In this document: piece after piece, positions 40,243 to 49,583 of the stretch
How the letters are laid out: every line of letters begins with the position of its first letter
How positions within the stretch are numbered: position 1 is the first letter of the stretch
DNA from: an uncultured Chloroflexia bacterium
Lineage (GTDB): Bacteria > Chloroflexota > Limnocylindria > Limnocylindrales > CSP1-4
DNA: 64,000 nt
Reading direction: 5' to 3'
Assembly: GCA_963833225.1 (NCBI GenBank)
Contig: CAWHXD010000014.1
Location: forward strand, 1 to 64,000
Program-made: the position numbers and the translations under genes
Notes under the pieces: model-generated
What the model was told of the DNA's origin: nothing
What the model saw: the letters and a program-made list of their open reading frames with translations, nothing else
Databases searched by the model: none

Positions 40243-40495
40243 CGACGGCGCCTCACCCCCAGGACGGCGCCTCGCGACCGTGACCATGGCGTCGCCACGG
40301 CGGCATGATCTGCGCCCCGCGATGGCGCCCGCGGCCGTGACGGCGCCCCGCGACGGCGACCGTGACGGCGCCTCACCCCCAGGACGGCGCCCCGCGGCGG
40401 CGCCCCGCGGCCGTGACGGCGCCTCACGGCCGTGACGGCGCCTCACCCCCAGGACGGCGCCCCGCGGCGGCGCCCCGCGGCGGCGCCGGCGACCG
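40243..40495. repeat. GC-rich mosaic tandem repeats between convergent genes
   Basis: gacggcgcctcacccccaggacggcgcc x3, plus ccgtgacggcgcc and ccccgcggcggcg subunits. Confidence 0.8.
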
Positions 40496-40498
40496 TGT

Positions 40499-40639
40499 TT
40501 GCGCCAGATATCGGGCCCTGCGGCTATAGCAGCAGGGCAGGGCCGTCCAGGGGCCTGAATATCACTCTGAACTGATGCAACGGGTCGTTGACCGCGCCGT
40601 GCCCGTGCTTGAAGTGGTCCTGGCCGATATCTGGTGCGA
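40499..40639. repeat. 141-bp inverted-repeat element, copy 1
   Basis: Ends TTGCGCCAGATATCGG...CCGATATCTGGTGCGA; the arms pair imperfectly toward the centre. Confidence 0.7.
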
Positions 40640-40734
40640 TGGGATGGGACCCGCTGCCGACCCGGCCGAGAGCCGGTCGGCCTTGCCGTGGGCGCGAGTG
40701 ACCCTCCTGCGCAGCGGAAACGTCTACGCACGCC

Positions 40735-43209
40735 CTACGCGCGGATCCGCGAGTTCCCCGGGTCATACGGGGCCCGGAGCGACGCGGTCGCGGGCTGCCG
40801 CTCCAGGGCGACCTCGACCTCGATCCTGCCGGCGGTGAGCCAGTCCGACGTCACGGGCCCGTCATCGCGGGTGACGTAGCCCAGCCCGATCGAGCGGCCG
40901 ATCGTGTGCCCGAATGACGCGGACGTGATCCGGCCGACGATGTGGCCGTCCCGCAGGATCGGCTCGTTGTGGTACATGAGCGGCTCGGGGTCATCGAGGG
41001 TCACCACGGCGAGCCGCCGGTTGACCCCGGCCTCACGCTGGCGCACGAGCGCCTCACGGCCGATGAACCCGCCGGGCTTGTCCCAGGCGATCGTGAAGCC
41101 GAGGCCACCCTGGAGCGGCGTGTCCTCCTCGCTGATGTCGTGGCCCCAGTGGCGGTACGCCTTCTCGATCCGGAGCGAGTCGAGCGCGTGGTAGCCCGCG
41201 TGCCGCAGGCCGAACACGTCACCGGCCGCGACGATCGTGTCGTAGATGTGGGTCGCGAACTCCATGGGGACGTAGAGCTCCCAGCCCAGCTCGCCCACGT
41301 AGGTGACGCGGGCCGCGCGTGCGTAGGCGTACCCGAGGTCGATCTCGCGCGCCGTCGCGAACGGGAAGGCCCCGTTGGACAGGTCGGCGTCCGAGAGCGA
41401 CTGGAGCAGCTCTCGGGAGCGGGGACCCATGATCGAGATCACGGTCTCCGCGGACGTCACGTCCGTGACCGCGACCCTGGCATCCGGATCCAGCGTCCGT
41501 CGCAGCCAGTCCAGGTCGCGCTGGGTGCACGCCCCGGTCGTGACGACCATGAACCGGTCGTCGGCCAGGCGCGTAACTGTCAGGTCCGATTCGATGCCGC
41601 CGCGCTCGTTGAGCCACGGCGTGTATACCAGCCTGCCGGGTTCCACCGCGACGTCTCCGGCGCAGATGCGGTTGAGCTCCCGCTCCGCGTCGCGCCCCTG
41701 GACCAGGATCTTGCCAAACGACGTCTGGTCGAACAGGCCCACGCCCTCGCGGACCGCCCGGTGCTCCTCGGCCGAGTACGGGAACCAGTTCTGGCGCCCG
41801 TAGCTGTACTCGTACTCCGGTGCGACCCCCTCGGGCGCGTACCAGTTCGCCCGCTCCCAGCCCGCGACCTCGCCGAAGCACGCGCCGCGTGCGGCCAGCC
41901 GGTCGTGGAGCGGAGAGCGCCGGATCCCGCGTGCCGTCTCGACCTGGCGGAACGGCCAGTGCATGTCGTACAGGAGGCCCAGCGTCTCCGTGGTCCGGTC
42001 GTGCAGGTAGCGGCGGTTGCGCTGGAACGGGTGGAACCGCCGGATGTCCACCTCCCACAGGTCCATCGGCGCGTGGCCGTCCACCACCCAGTCGGCCACA
42101 GCACGCCCGGCCCCGCCGCCGGACGCGAAGCCCACGGAGTTGAACCCGGCGGCCACGAAGTAGCCGGGCAGCGTCGGGGCCTCGCCCAGGATGTACCGGT
42201 CGTCGGGGGTGAAGCTCTCCGGGCCGTTGAAGAACAGCTGGATGCCCACCTTCCCGAACACGGGCAGCTTCTTTGTCGCCCGCAGGATCCACGGCTCCAG
42301 GTGGTCCCAGTCCTCGGGCAGCGTCAGGAACTCGGCGTCCTCGGGGATCCCGTGCGTCGCCCACGGCTTGGCGCCGGGCTCGAAGAACCCGACCATCAGC
42401 TTGCCCGCTTCGTTTCGGGCATAGGTGGCGTCGTCGGGCATCCGCAGGATCGGCAGGTCGGGCGTCAGCTCGGGGATCGGCTCGGTGATCAGGTAGAAGT
42501 GCTCTGCTGCGTGGAGCGGGACGACAACATCCTCACGACCCGCGAGCTCTCGCGCCCACATGCCGGTGCAGTTGACGACGTACTCGCAGTCGATGTCGCC
42601 GCGCTCGGTCGAGACGCCGCTCACGCGCCCGTTCCGGCGGAGGACCCCGGTCACCTTCGTCTGCTCGAACACCTGGGCACCCGCCATCCGCGCCGCCTTG
42701 GCCAGCGCCTGGGTGGTATCGGTCGGGTTGGCCATCCCGTCGCCCGGGATGTACGCGGCTCCGAGGATGTCGCTGGTGTCGAGAAGCGGCCACATGTCGC
42801 CGACCTGCTGCGGGGTGACGAGCTCGATGTCGACCCCCATCAGGTGGCCCATCGACGCATTGCGCCGGATCTCCTCCCAGCGGCCGGGTGTCGAGGCGAT
42901 CAGGATCGAGCCGTGCTGCTCGAAGCCCGTCCCGTCGCCGGTCCGCCGCTCAAGGTCCTGCAGCATGTCCTTCGCGTAGCAGGCGGCGAGGCTCATGTTG
43001 AAGGTGGCCCGCAGCTGGCCCACGAGGCCCGCGGCATGCCAGGTGGTGCCCGAGGTGAGCGTCTTGCGCTCGAGCAGGACGACGTCCTTCCAGCCGCGCT
43101 CGGTGAGGTGGAAGAGCACGCTGGTACCGACGATGCCGCCGCCGATCACGACGACGCGCGCCTGGGTGGGGAAGGGTTCGCCGCCCGCCGGCGGGAGCTC
43201 GTTCGTCAT
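40735..43209 (-). CDS. GcvT-family FAD oxidoreductase (sarcosine/dimethylglycine dehydrogenase-like) 2
   Basis: IGGGIVG, SGTTWHAAG, NGPESFTPD, GWERANW, SLRIEKAYRHWG. Confidence 0.94.
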   Translation of the reverse strand: MTNELPPAGGEPFPTQARVVVIGGGIVGTSVLFHLTERGWKDVVLLERKTLTSGTTWHAAGLVGQLRATFNMSLAACYAKDMLQDLERRTGDGTGFEQHGSILIASTPGRWEEIRRNASMGHLMGVDIELVTPQQVGDMWPLLDTSDILGAAYIPGDGMANPTDTTQALAKAARMAGAQVFEQTKVTGVLRRNGRVSGVSTERGDIDCEYVVNCTGMWARELAGREDVVVPLHAAEHFYLITEPIPELTPDLPILRMPDDATYARNEAGKLMVGFFEPGAKPWATHGIPEDAEFLTLPEDWDHLEPWILRATKKLPVFGKVGIQLFFNGPESFTPDDRYILGEAPTLPGYFVAAGFNSVGFASGGGAGRAVADWVVDGHAPMDLWEVDIRRFHPFQRNRRYLHDRTTETLGLLYDMHWPFRQVETARGIRRSPLHDRLAARGACFGEVAGWERANWYAPEGVAPEYEYSYGRQNWFPYSAEEHRAVREGVGLFDQTSFGKILVQGRDAERELNRICAGDVAVEPGRLVYTPWLNERGGIESDLTVTRLADDRFMVVTTGACTQRDLDWLRRTLDPDARVAVTDVTSAETVISIMGPRSRELLQSLSDADLSNGAFPFATAREIDLGYAYARAARVTYVGELGWELYVPMEFATHIYDTIVAAGDVFGLRHAGYHALDSLRIEKAYRHWGHDISEEDTPLQGGLGFTIAWDKPGGFIGREALVRQREAGVNRRLAVVTLDDPEPLMYHNEPILRDGHIVGRITSASFGHTIGRSIGLGYVTRDDGPVTSDWLTAGRIEVEVALERQPATASLRAPYDPGNSRIRA

Positions 43210-43260
43210 CGGGTTCTCTCCTGCTGGTTGACCAGGGCATGGGTGTCGGCGGGGGGCACG

Positions 43261-45681
43261 TCAGGCGCGCAGTCGCCGGTTCTCTGGGTCGTAGATGGGC
43301 GCCGCCAGCACCGTGGCCGCCAGGCGGACACCGATCAGCTCCACCTCCAGCGTCGTGCCCGGTGTCTCGAAGCCGTGATCGACGTAGGCGAAGCCGAGGC
43401 TCTTGCCGGTGGCATGCCCAAAACCGCCGGAGGTCGTGACGCCGATCGCCCGCCCGCCGGCGAACACCGGCTCCCCGCCGGCCACGTCGGAATCGGCCTC
43501 GCCAACCTCGAGATAGACGAGGTGCGTGGAGGCGCCGCGCTCGCGGGCCGCGATGACCGCGTCTCGTCCCGTGAACTCGTGGTCCAGCTTGACGAAGCGC
43601 ATCATCCCGGCCTCGACCGGCGTGATCTCGTTGGTCAGCTCCACGCCCCAGCCCGGGTACGCCTTCTCCATCCGCAGGCTGTTCATCGCGTACAGCCCGA
43701 AGTCCGCAATGCCGAACGGCTCGCCGGCAGACCACACCGCCTCGTACAGCGCGACCACGTGCTCCATGCGGACATGCAGCTCCCAGCCCAGCTCACCGAC
43801 GTAGTTGACCCGGAGCGCGCGGACGGGGATGCCGGCCACCTCGATCTCGCGGCCGGTCAGCCACGGGAAGGCCGGGCTGGTGAGGTCGGTCTCGGTCAGT
43901 GACGCGAGCACGTCGCGCGAACGCGGGCCGGCCAGGATCAGCGTGGTCCAGTCCTCGCTGACATCCGCGATCTCCACCGCCTCGTCCGCCAACCGCGCGA
44001 AGCGGAACAGGTCGAGGTCGCGCTGGTGGGCGACGGCGCCCGACAGCACGAAGTACCGGTCGGGGGCGAGACGCGTGATGGTGAACTCGGTCGCGTAGCG
44101 GCCGCCGTCGGTCAGCGCATGGGCGAGGACGATGCCACCCTCCCGGCGTGGCATCCGGTTGGCGCACAGGCGGTCCAGGAACGCCTCGGCGCCCGGCCCC
44201 GTGACCTCGAACGTGGCGAAGCTCGGCAGCTCCATCACGGCCACCCGCTCGCGCACCGCGCGGCACTCCGCCGCCACCACCTCGAAGGTGTTGTTGTGGC
44301 GGAAGCCGCAGACCTCCTCGCGCCCGTCGAGCGAGAACCACTTGGGCCGCTCCCAGCCGTAGCCCTCGGTGAACTTGCAGCCCTTGGCCTTGAGGGGCTC
44401 GTACAGGGGCGACGCCTTGGCCGGGCGACCCTCCGGCCGCTCCTCGCCGGGCGGGATGAGCCGGTACATGTCGACGTACTCGCGGTGCGCCTTGGCGGAC
44501 GAATAGGCCTGGTCCGCGAAGGCGCCAAACCGGCGCGGGTCCATGCCCAGCATGTTGATCTCGGCCGACCCGTGGACCATCCACTGGGCGAGGTACCGGG
44601 TGCAGCCGGGCCCCTGCGCGATGCCGATGCCCGTGCCGGTGGCCAGCCAGAAGTTGCGCACGCCCGCTGCCGGACCCACCAGCGGGTTGCTGTCCGGGGT
44701 ATGCGAGATCGCCCCGTTGACGACCTTCTTGATGCCCACCTTGTTGAACACGGGCATCCGCTCCATCACGCGCCCGAGGTTGAGCTCGATCGGATCCCAC
44801 TCCGGTCGGAACAGCTCGTTGGCGGCGTCCCAGGACGGACCACCGCTGTCCGCCCAGGCCTCGCGCGTGTCGCTGCCCTCGTAGATGCCGATGAGGCCGC
44901 TCTTGACCTCCTGGCGGTAGTAGGCCGACGCGTACGGGTCGCGCATCACCGGGATCTCGACATCGCGCTCGAGGAACTCCGGGATCGTCTCCGTCACGAG
45001 GTACTGGTGCTTCATGTTGGCGAACGTGGTCTGGACGCCGAGCCAGGCGCTGACGCGATCCGCATAGCAGCCGGCGGCGTTGACCACGTGCTCGCAGGTG
45101 ATGTCGCCCTTCTCCGTCGCGACCTTGAACTCGCCGCTCGGGAGCTGCTCGATCCCGGTCACCCGGTTGAACTTGCTGGTCGTGCCGCCGAGGTTGGTGG
45201 CCAGGAGCGCCATCGCGTTGCAGGCACCCGACGGGTCGACGTAGCCGTCGTCGAGGGTCCAGGCACCGGCCAGCACGCCCTCGGTGGTGACGAACGGGTT
45301 GATCCGCCGGATCTCGTCGGTGCCGATCAGCTGCATCCGGAAGCCGATGTTGGCCGCGACACCCTCGACCCGCTTGAAGTGGTCGAGCTCCTCCGGGGTC
45401 GTCGCGAACCGGATCCCGCCGACACCCCGCCAGCCGGTGGCCTCGCCGGTCATCGACTCCAGGCGCGCGTACAGGTCGTTGCTGTACGCGTGGACCTTGG
45501 CCAGGTTGTAGTTGGCGATGAAGCTCGGGCACTGGCCCGCCGCATGCCACGTGGAGCCCGACGTCAGCTCGGCCTTCTCGACCAGGATCGTGTCGGTCCA
45601 GCCCTCGAGGGCGAGGTGGTAGAGGAGGCTGATCCCCATGACGCCCCCGCCGACGATCACGACGCGTGCTGTCGACCTCAC
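43261..45681 (-). CDS. GcvT-family FAD oxidoreductase (dimethylglycine dehydrogenase-like) 3
   Basis: VGGGVMG, SGSTWHAAG, GWERP, NYVGELGWE, SLRMEK. Confidence 0.94.
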   Translation of the reverse strand: MRSTARVVIVGGGVMGISLLYHLALEGWTDTILVEKAELTSGSTWHAAGQCPSFIANYNLAKVHAYSNDLYARLESMTGEATGWRGVGGIRFATTPEELDHFKRVEGVAANIGFRMQLIGTDEIRRINPFVTTEGVLAGAWTLDDGYVDPSGACNAMALLATNLGGTTSKFNRVTGIEQLPSGEFKVATEKGDITCEHVVNAAGCYADRVSAWLGVQTTFANMKHQYLVTETIPEFLERDVEIPVMRDPYASAYYRQEVKSGLIGIYEGSDTREAWADSGGPSWDAANELFRPEWDPIELNLGRVMERMPVFNKVGIKKVVNGAISHTPDSNPLVGPAAGVRNFWLATGTGIGIAQGPGCTRYLAQWMVHGSAEINMLGMDPRRFGAFADQAYSSAKAHREYVDMYRLIPPGEERPEGRPAKASPLYEPLKAKGCKFTEGYGWERPKWFSLDGREEVCGFRHNNTFEVVAAECRAVRERVAVMELPSFATFEVTGPGAEAFLDRLCANRMPRREGGIVLAHALTDGGRYATEFTITRLAPDRYFVLSGAVAHQRDLDLFRFARLADEAVEIADVSEDWTTLILAGPRSRDVLASLTETDLTSPAFPWLTGREIEVAGIPVRALRVNYVGELGWELHVRMEHVVALYEAVWSAGEPFGIADFGLYAMNSLRMEKAYPGWGVELTNEITPVEAGMMRFVKLDHEFTGRDAVIAARERGASTHLVYLEVGEADSDVAGGEPVFAGGRAIGVTTSGGFGHATGKSLGFAYVDHGFETPGTTLEVELIGVRLAATVLAAPIYDPENRRLRA

Positions 45682-45716
45682 GGCTGTTCCCTCCTCGCGC
45701 TCAACGGCGATCCCGG

Positions 45717-47240
45717 CTACGGCCAGCGACCGTGGCCGGGCTGCATGGCTTCACGTGGCAGACCAATGTCGAAGGCAGCCCGGATTTGGTCATCAAGCTT
45801 CGGGCTGATGTGATCGGGGTAGTGGGTGCGCAGGACTGTCCGCACGCGCTCCCGCGCACGATCCCGGACGTCCCTCCGGCCGCCCGCCTCCCAGGCGACC
45901 GGGGACTCGCGGTCACCGATCGCCGGGTAGACGAAGTCCCGGCGCATCCGCGCCCGGGTCTCCGGGTGGCCGAGGAAGTGGCCCTCGTCGTGGACCACCT
46001 CGTTGATCATGTCGAAGGCCAGCGTCTCATCGGTGACCTCGATGCCGCGCACCGTGCGCTGGACGGCCGCGAGCATGTCATCGTCGATGACGTAGGCCTC
46101 GAGGGCCGTGCTCAGCAGGCTGGACTGCATCCCGGCCGCCTCGCAGATCAGGCTGGCGCCGGCGTTGGCGGCCAGGGTCACGGTGGATGCCTTCTCCGAT
46201 CCTGACTGCGCGTCGGGCAGCTTGGCATCGGTCATCCCGGAGGCCACGCTCCCGGGCAGGTCGTAGAACCCGGCCATCTGGGCGCAGCCCGCGACGATCA
46301 GGCCGTTCTCCGCGCTGCCGGCGGACATCATCCCCGTCCGGAGGTCGGACACGAACGGCCAGGTCCCCAGGTGCGCTCGACTCGATGGGTCGATCAGCTG
46401 GCAGAAGATGAGCCCGCCCAGGGTCTCGGCCATCGTCTGCACGATGGTGCCGGCCAGCGTCACCGGGCTGGTGGCGCCGGCGAGCGGCGAGGAGATGAGA
46501 CCGACGGGCATGCCGGCCCGCACGGCCGCCTCCATCGCCTCGCAGGCATCGGCGGCAAACCGCAGCGGCGGGACCACGTGGGTGCACGCGATGGAGCAGA
46601 ACGGTCGCTTCCGGAACTCGCCCTCGCCACCCAGGCGCATGTCCAGCATCGCGACGGCGGCCCGGACGCTGTCGGCGGTGTCGAAGCTGCTGGTGATGTG
46701 CTTGATCGAGCCCTGCATGCACGCGTACACGGTGTTGAGGTCGATGGCGGCCGCGGTGGGCATGTCGCGCGCCACGATCGAGCGCCAGTAGAAGTGGATG
46801 TGGTCGAGGGTGTCCACCAGCCGCGCGATGTCGTACAGGTCGACCGTGGTCGTCGGCCGGTGGAGCCCCGTCTCGAAGTCGACGATCAGCGGCGCGGCTC
46901 CAGCCGTGCCCGTGTGGACTCGGCCGCCGCCGATCTCGAGGTCCCAGACGGGGTCCTGGCCGGGCAGGACGAAGGTGCGAGGCGCCCGGGCGATGACGTC
47001 CTCGACGAGCGATCGCGGGTAGTGAAGCCGGCCGTCGGCGTCCAGCCAGCCGCCCGCCGCGACGACGAGCTCGGCCATCGAGGAGGTCGGCTCCGCGATC
47101 CCGATCCGCTCCAGCACGTCGAGCACCGTCCGGTGGATGCGCTCCATCTCCGGGTGCGTGAGTGGCTGGTAGCGGCCGCCGACGAGACCGGGCCACACGG
47201 GCGCCATCCCGCCGGGTCCCGCGCCGAGGTCAGTTCCCAC
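45717..47240 (-). CDS. mttB: Trimethylamine methyltransferase (MttB) family, non-pyrrolysine; start approximate
   Basis: GATSPVTLAG, SDLRTG, TDAKLPDAQSG.EK, GHFLG, DR..W; no in-frame amber codon. Confidence 0.92.
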   Translation of the reverse strand: MGTDLGAGPGGMAPVWPGLVGGRYQPLTHPEMERIHRTVLDVLERIGIAEPTSSMAELVVAAGGWLDADGRLHYPRSLVEDVIARAPRTFVLPGQDPVWDLEIGGGRVHTGTAGAAPLIVDFETGLHRPTTTVDLYDIARLVDTLDHIHFYWRSIVARDMPTAAAIDLNTVYACMQGSIKHITSSFDTADSVRAAVAMLDMRLGGEGEFRKRPFCSIACTHVVPPLRFAADACEAMEAAVRAGMPVGLISSPLAGATSPVTLAGTIVQTMAETLGGLIFCQLIDPSSRAHLGTWPFVSDLRTGMMSAGSAENGLIVAGCAQMAGFYDLPGSVASGMTDAKLPDAQSGSEKASTVTLAANAGASLICEAAGMQSSLLSTALEAYVIDDDMLAAVQRTVRGIEVTDETLAFDMINEVVHDEGHFLGHPETRARMRRDFVYPAIGDRESPVAWEAGGRRDVRDRARERVRTVLRTHYPDHISPKLDDQIRAAFDIGLPREAMQPGHGRWP

Positions 47241-47850
47241 CGGCGGACCCCCTGACACCCAGCGCGACCCGCGCGGTCTCGAGCAACAGCCGTCGCAGCT
47301 GCTCGGGCGTGACCCCCGGGGCCCCGAGCGAGACGCCCACCGATGCGCCGTCGCCGAAGATGATGAACAGGTCCACGATGTCCGCGACGGGCCAGATCGG
47401 GTGGAACACGCCGGTCGCGATCCCGTCCTCGATCACCTGCCGGAATGGTGGGCGCCACGCGTCATAGAAGCGGTCCAGCTTGCCCCGCAGCTCGTCGTCC
47501 CGGGCCATGGCGCAGAACTCGATCCAGATCCGGCTCCGCCACAGGAGCGGCTCGGGCAGGGAGGCGTACAGCAGCGAGACCAGTCGGGGCCAGGGATCGC
47601 CGTCGGTCGGCGCCGCCTCGAGCCAGGCGTTGAGCCGGCGCTCCGCCGACCAGTCGAACAGCTCGGCGATCAGCCGGCCCCGGGTGTCGAAGTAGTGCTG
47701 GACGGTGCCGATCGAGACACCCGCAGCTTCGCTCACATCACGCAGGCGGCTTCGCTCCACGCCGTGCGTGACCAGGAGCTGCTCGGCCGCCGCGAGGATC
47801 CGCTCCCGCTGTGCCGTCCGACGCGCTTCGTTCACGGCTCGACCGGCCAT
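47230..47850 (-). CDS. TetR family regulator (BetI-like C-terminus)
   Basis: ILAAA...LRDVSEAAGVSIGTVQHYFDT, WIEF. Confidence 0.9.
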   Translation of the reverse strand: MAGRAVNEARRTAQRERILAAAEQLLVTHGVERSRLRDVSEAAGVSIGTVQHYFDTRGRLIAELFDWSAERRLNAWLEAAPTDGDPWPRLVSLLYASLPEPLLWRSRIWIEFCAMARDDELRGKLDRFYDAWRPPFRQVIEDGIATGVFHPIWPVADIVDLFIIFGDGASVGVSLGAPGVTPEQLRRLLLETARVALGVRGSAGGN

Positions 47851-47898
47851 GCCATGCCTCGACCACCGGGTGCCACGCCGCGCCCCGGGATGGGCGGC

Positions 47899-47928
47899 AG
47901 TCTACCAATAATACAGGATTATGGTCAA
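47899..47928 (-). promoter_or_regulatory. Promoter with an AT-rich imperfect palindrome (likely TetR operator)
   Basis: TTGACC-N18-TAGACT with TG extension; the spacer region ACCATAATCCTGTATTATTGGT is near-palindromic. Confidence 0.65.
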
Positions 47929-47946
47929 TGCCCTTCGCGGCGACGA

Positions 47947-48228
47947 GCCTCAGGCGCCGAACCGGCGCGGGCTGAACGGCGCCAGGAGCTCGGGCTCCGA
48001 CGGGCGGTCCAACGGTCCGGTACAGCCGACGAACATGCCGCCGGGCGGTCCGGTCGTTCGCCTGGCGACCCGCCCATCGGATGGTCGTGCCGCCGATCGC
48101 ACCGCCTGTCGGCCGGGGCCGACGGTTGGCCCGCTGGGCGGCATGCGTCAGGAACTGCGCACCGCCCCGGGCGCCCTCGGGCCTCAGGCGCCGAACCGAC
48201 GCGGGCTGAAGGGCGCCAGGACCTCCGG
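47947..48228. repeat. ~47-bp direct repeat (47947-47994, 48181-48228) duplicating the dehydrogenase 3' end, enclosing a 112-bp hairpin
   Basis: gcctcaggcgccgaaccgRcgcgggctgaaSggcgccaggaSctcSgg; inner inverted repeat catgccgcc...ggcggcatg at 48034-48145. Confidence 0.8.
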
Positions 48229-49422
48229 ATCGGCACCGTCCAGGATCACGTCGGCGAGGAGGGTGCCCGTCCGTGGCGCCAGGGTCAGCCCCAGCATCGC
48301 GTGGCCACTGGCGACGTAGACGTTCGAGAACGCCCGCAGCCGCCCGATGAGCGGCAACCCATCGGGCGTCATGGGCCGGAGGCCGGCACTGGGCGCGAGC
48401 GTGGACGCGTCGGGTTCCCAGGAGCGGAAGTAGCGCGTGGGCGCCCGCTTGATCGCCGCGAGCCGGACCGCCGAGATGCGCTCGTCCAGCCCGCCGAACT
48501 CCATCGTGCCGGCGACGCGGGTGGTGCCGCTGAGTGGCGTCACTGCGCAGTGCGCCTCGGACAGCATCACCACGGGACCCGCCGCCAGCTGGCCGGGGAC
48601 GTAGTCCACGCTGTAGCCCTTGCCGGGCCGGATCGGCAGCGAGACACCCAGAAGCCTGGCCACCCGGGCGCTCCACGCCCCGGCGGCGATCACCAGCGCA
48701 TCGGCCCGCATGTTCCCGAACCCGCCCCGCACCTCGATCCCGCCCGACGGCGGTGCCGAGGCGGCGGTCACCTTGCCGTCGACCAGCGCCACGCCCATCG
48801 CTCCCAACCGCCCGACGAGCGCGCTCACGACCGTGGCCGGGTGGACGTGTCGCTCGTTGGGGAAGCGAATCCCGCCAACAACCGCATCGGAGAGCCGGGG
48901 GACGAGAGCACGCGCCTCGTCGCCGGACAGCGCCGCCGGCTCGAACCCCGCGCGCTCGGAGGCCGCGAGGTCGTGGACCGCGTGGCGCAGCTCAACGGGG
49001 TCCAGGTAAGCCCGGATCTCACCGGCTGCGTGCATCTCGAATGCCATGCCGTCCGCCGCCCACGCGTCGAGCTCGTCCATCGTGCCCGCGGCGAGGCGGG
49101 TCGTGGCCTCGAACGCCCGCCGGTAGGCCGTGGCGTTGCAGGCCCCGAGCATCCCGACCATGAACCGGACGAACGACGGAGTTGCGGCCGGCCGCACGTA
49201 CACCGGGCTGTCCCGCTTGAGCATCCAGCGCGCCGTCTGGAGGATGATCCCGGGACCCGGCACCGGCCCGCTCTCCGCAGGAACGACCCAGCCGGCGTTG
49301 TTGCTCGACGCGCCGCTCCCGGGTGCCCGGTCGCCGATGACCACGACCTCGGCGCCGCGCCGGGCCAGGCTGTAGGCAGTGGCGAGCCCGATCAGGCCCG
49401 ATCCGACGACGACGATCTTCAC
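48184..49422 (-). CDS. D-amino acid dehydrogenase-like FAD oxidoreductase (DadA family)
   Basis: VGSGLIG, GASSNNAG, PGKGYS, GLRPMTPDGLP, GHAMLGLT. Confidence 0.9.
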   Translation of the reverse strand: MKIVVVGSGLIGLATAYSLARRGAEVVVIGDRAPGSGASSNNAGWVVPAESGPVPGPGIILQTARWMLKRDSPVYVRPAATPSFVRFMVGMLGACNATAYRRAFEATTRLAAGTMDELDAWAADGMAFEMHAAGEIRAYLDPVELRHAVHDLAASERAGFEPAALSGDEARALVPRLSDAVVGGIRFPNERHVHPATVVSALVGRLGAMGVALVDGKVTAASAPPSGGIEVRGGFGNMRADALVIAAGAWSARVARLLGVSLPIRPGKGYSVDYVPGQLAAGPVVMLSEAHCAVTPLSGTTRVAGTMEFGGLDERISAVRLAAIKRAPTRYFRSWEPDASTLAPSAGLRPMTPDGLPLIGRLRAFSNVYVASGHAMLGLTLAPRTGTLLADVILDGADPEVLAPFSPRRFGA

Positions 49423-49583
49423 GGTGACAACCCTCGGACCGGTGACGTTGGTCCCCGTTGAGGCGGGTCGGATGGGACGGCGGGGCCCGGCGACAGGGTC
49501 CCCATACTGTACCGGCGGCGCATGAGCGCGATCGGTGATGGTCGCGTGCTGGCCACGCGTCGCTGGAGGAGCGAGGCGAGGTC

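Noticed and set aside
47947-48228. Diversity-generating retroelement TR/VR pair
   Set aside because: The differences are not adenine-specific, the repeat is short, and there is no reverse transcriptase in the window.
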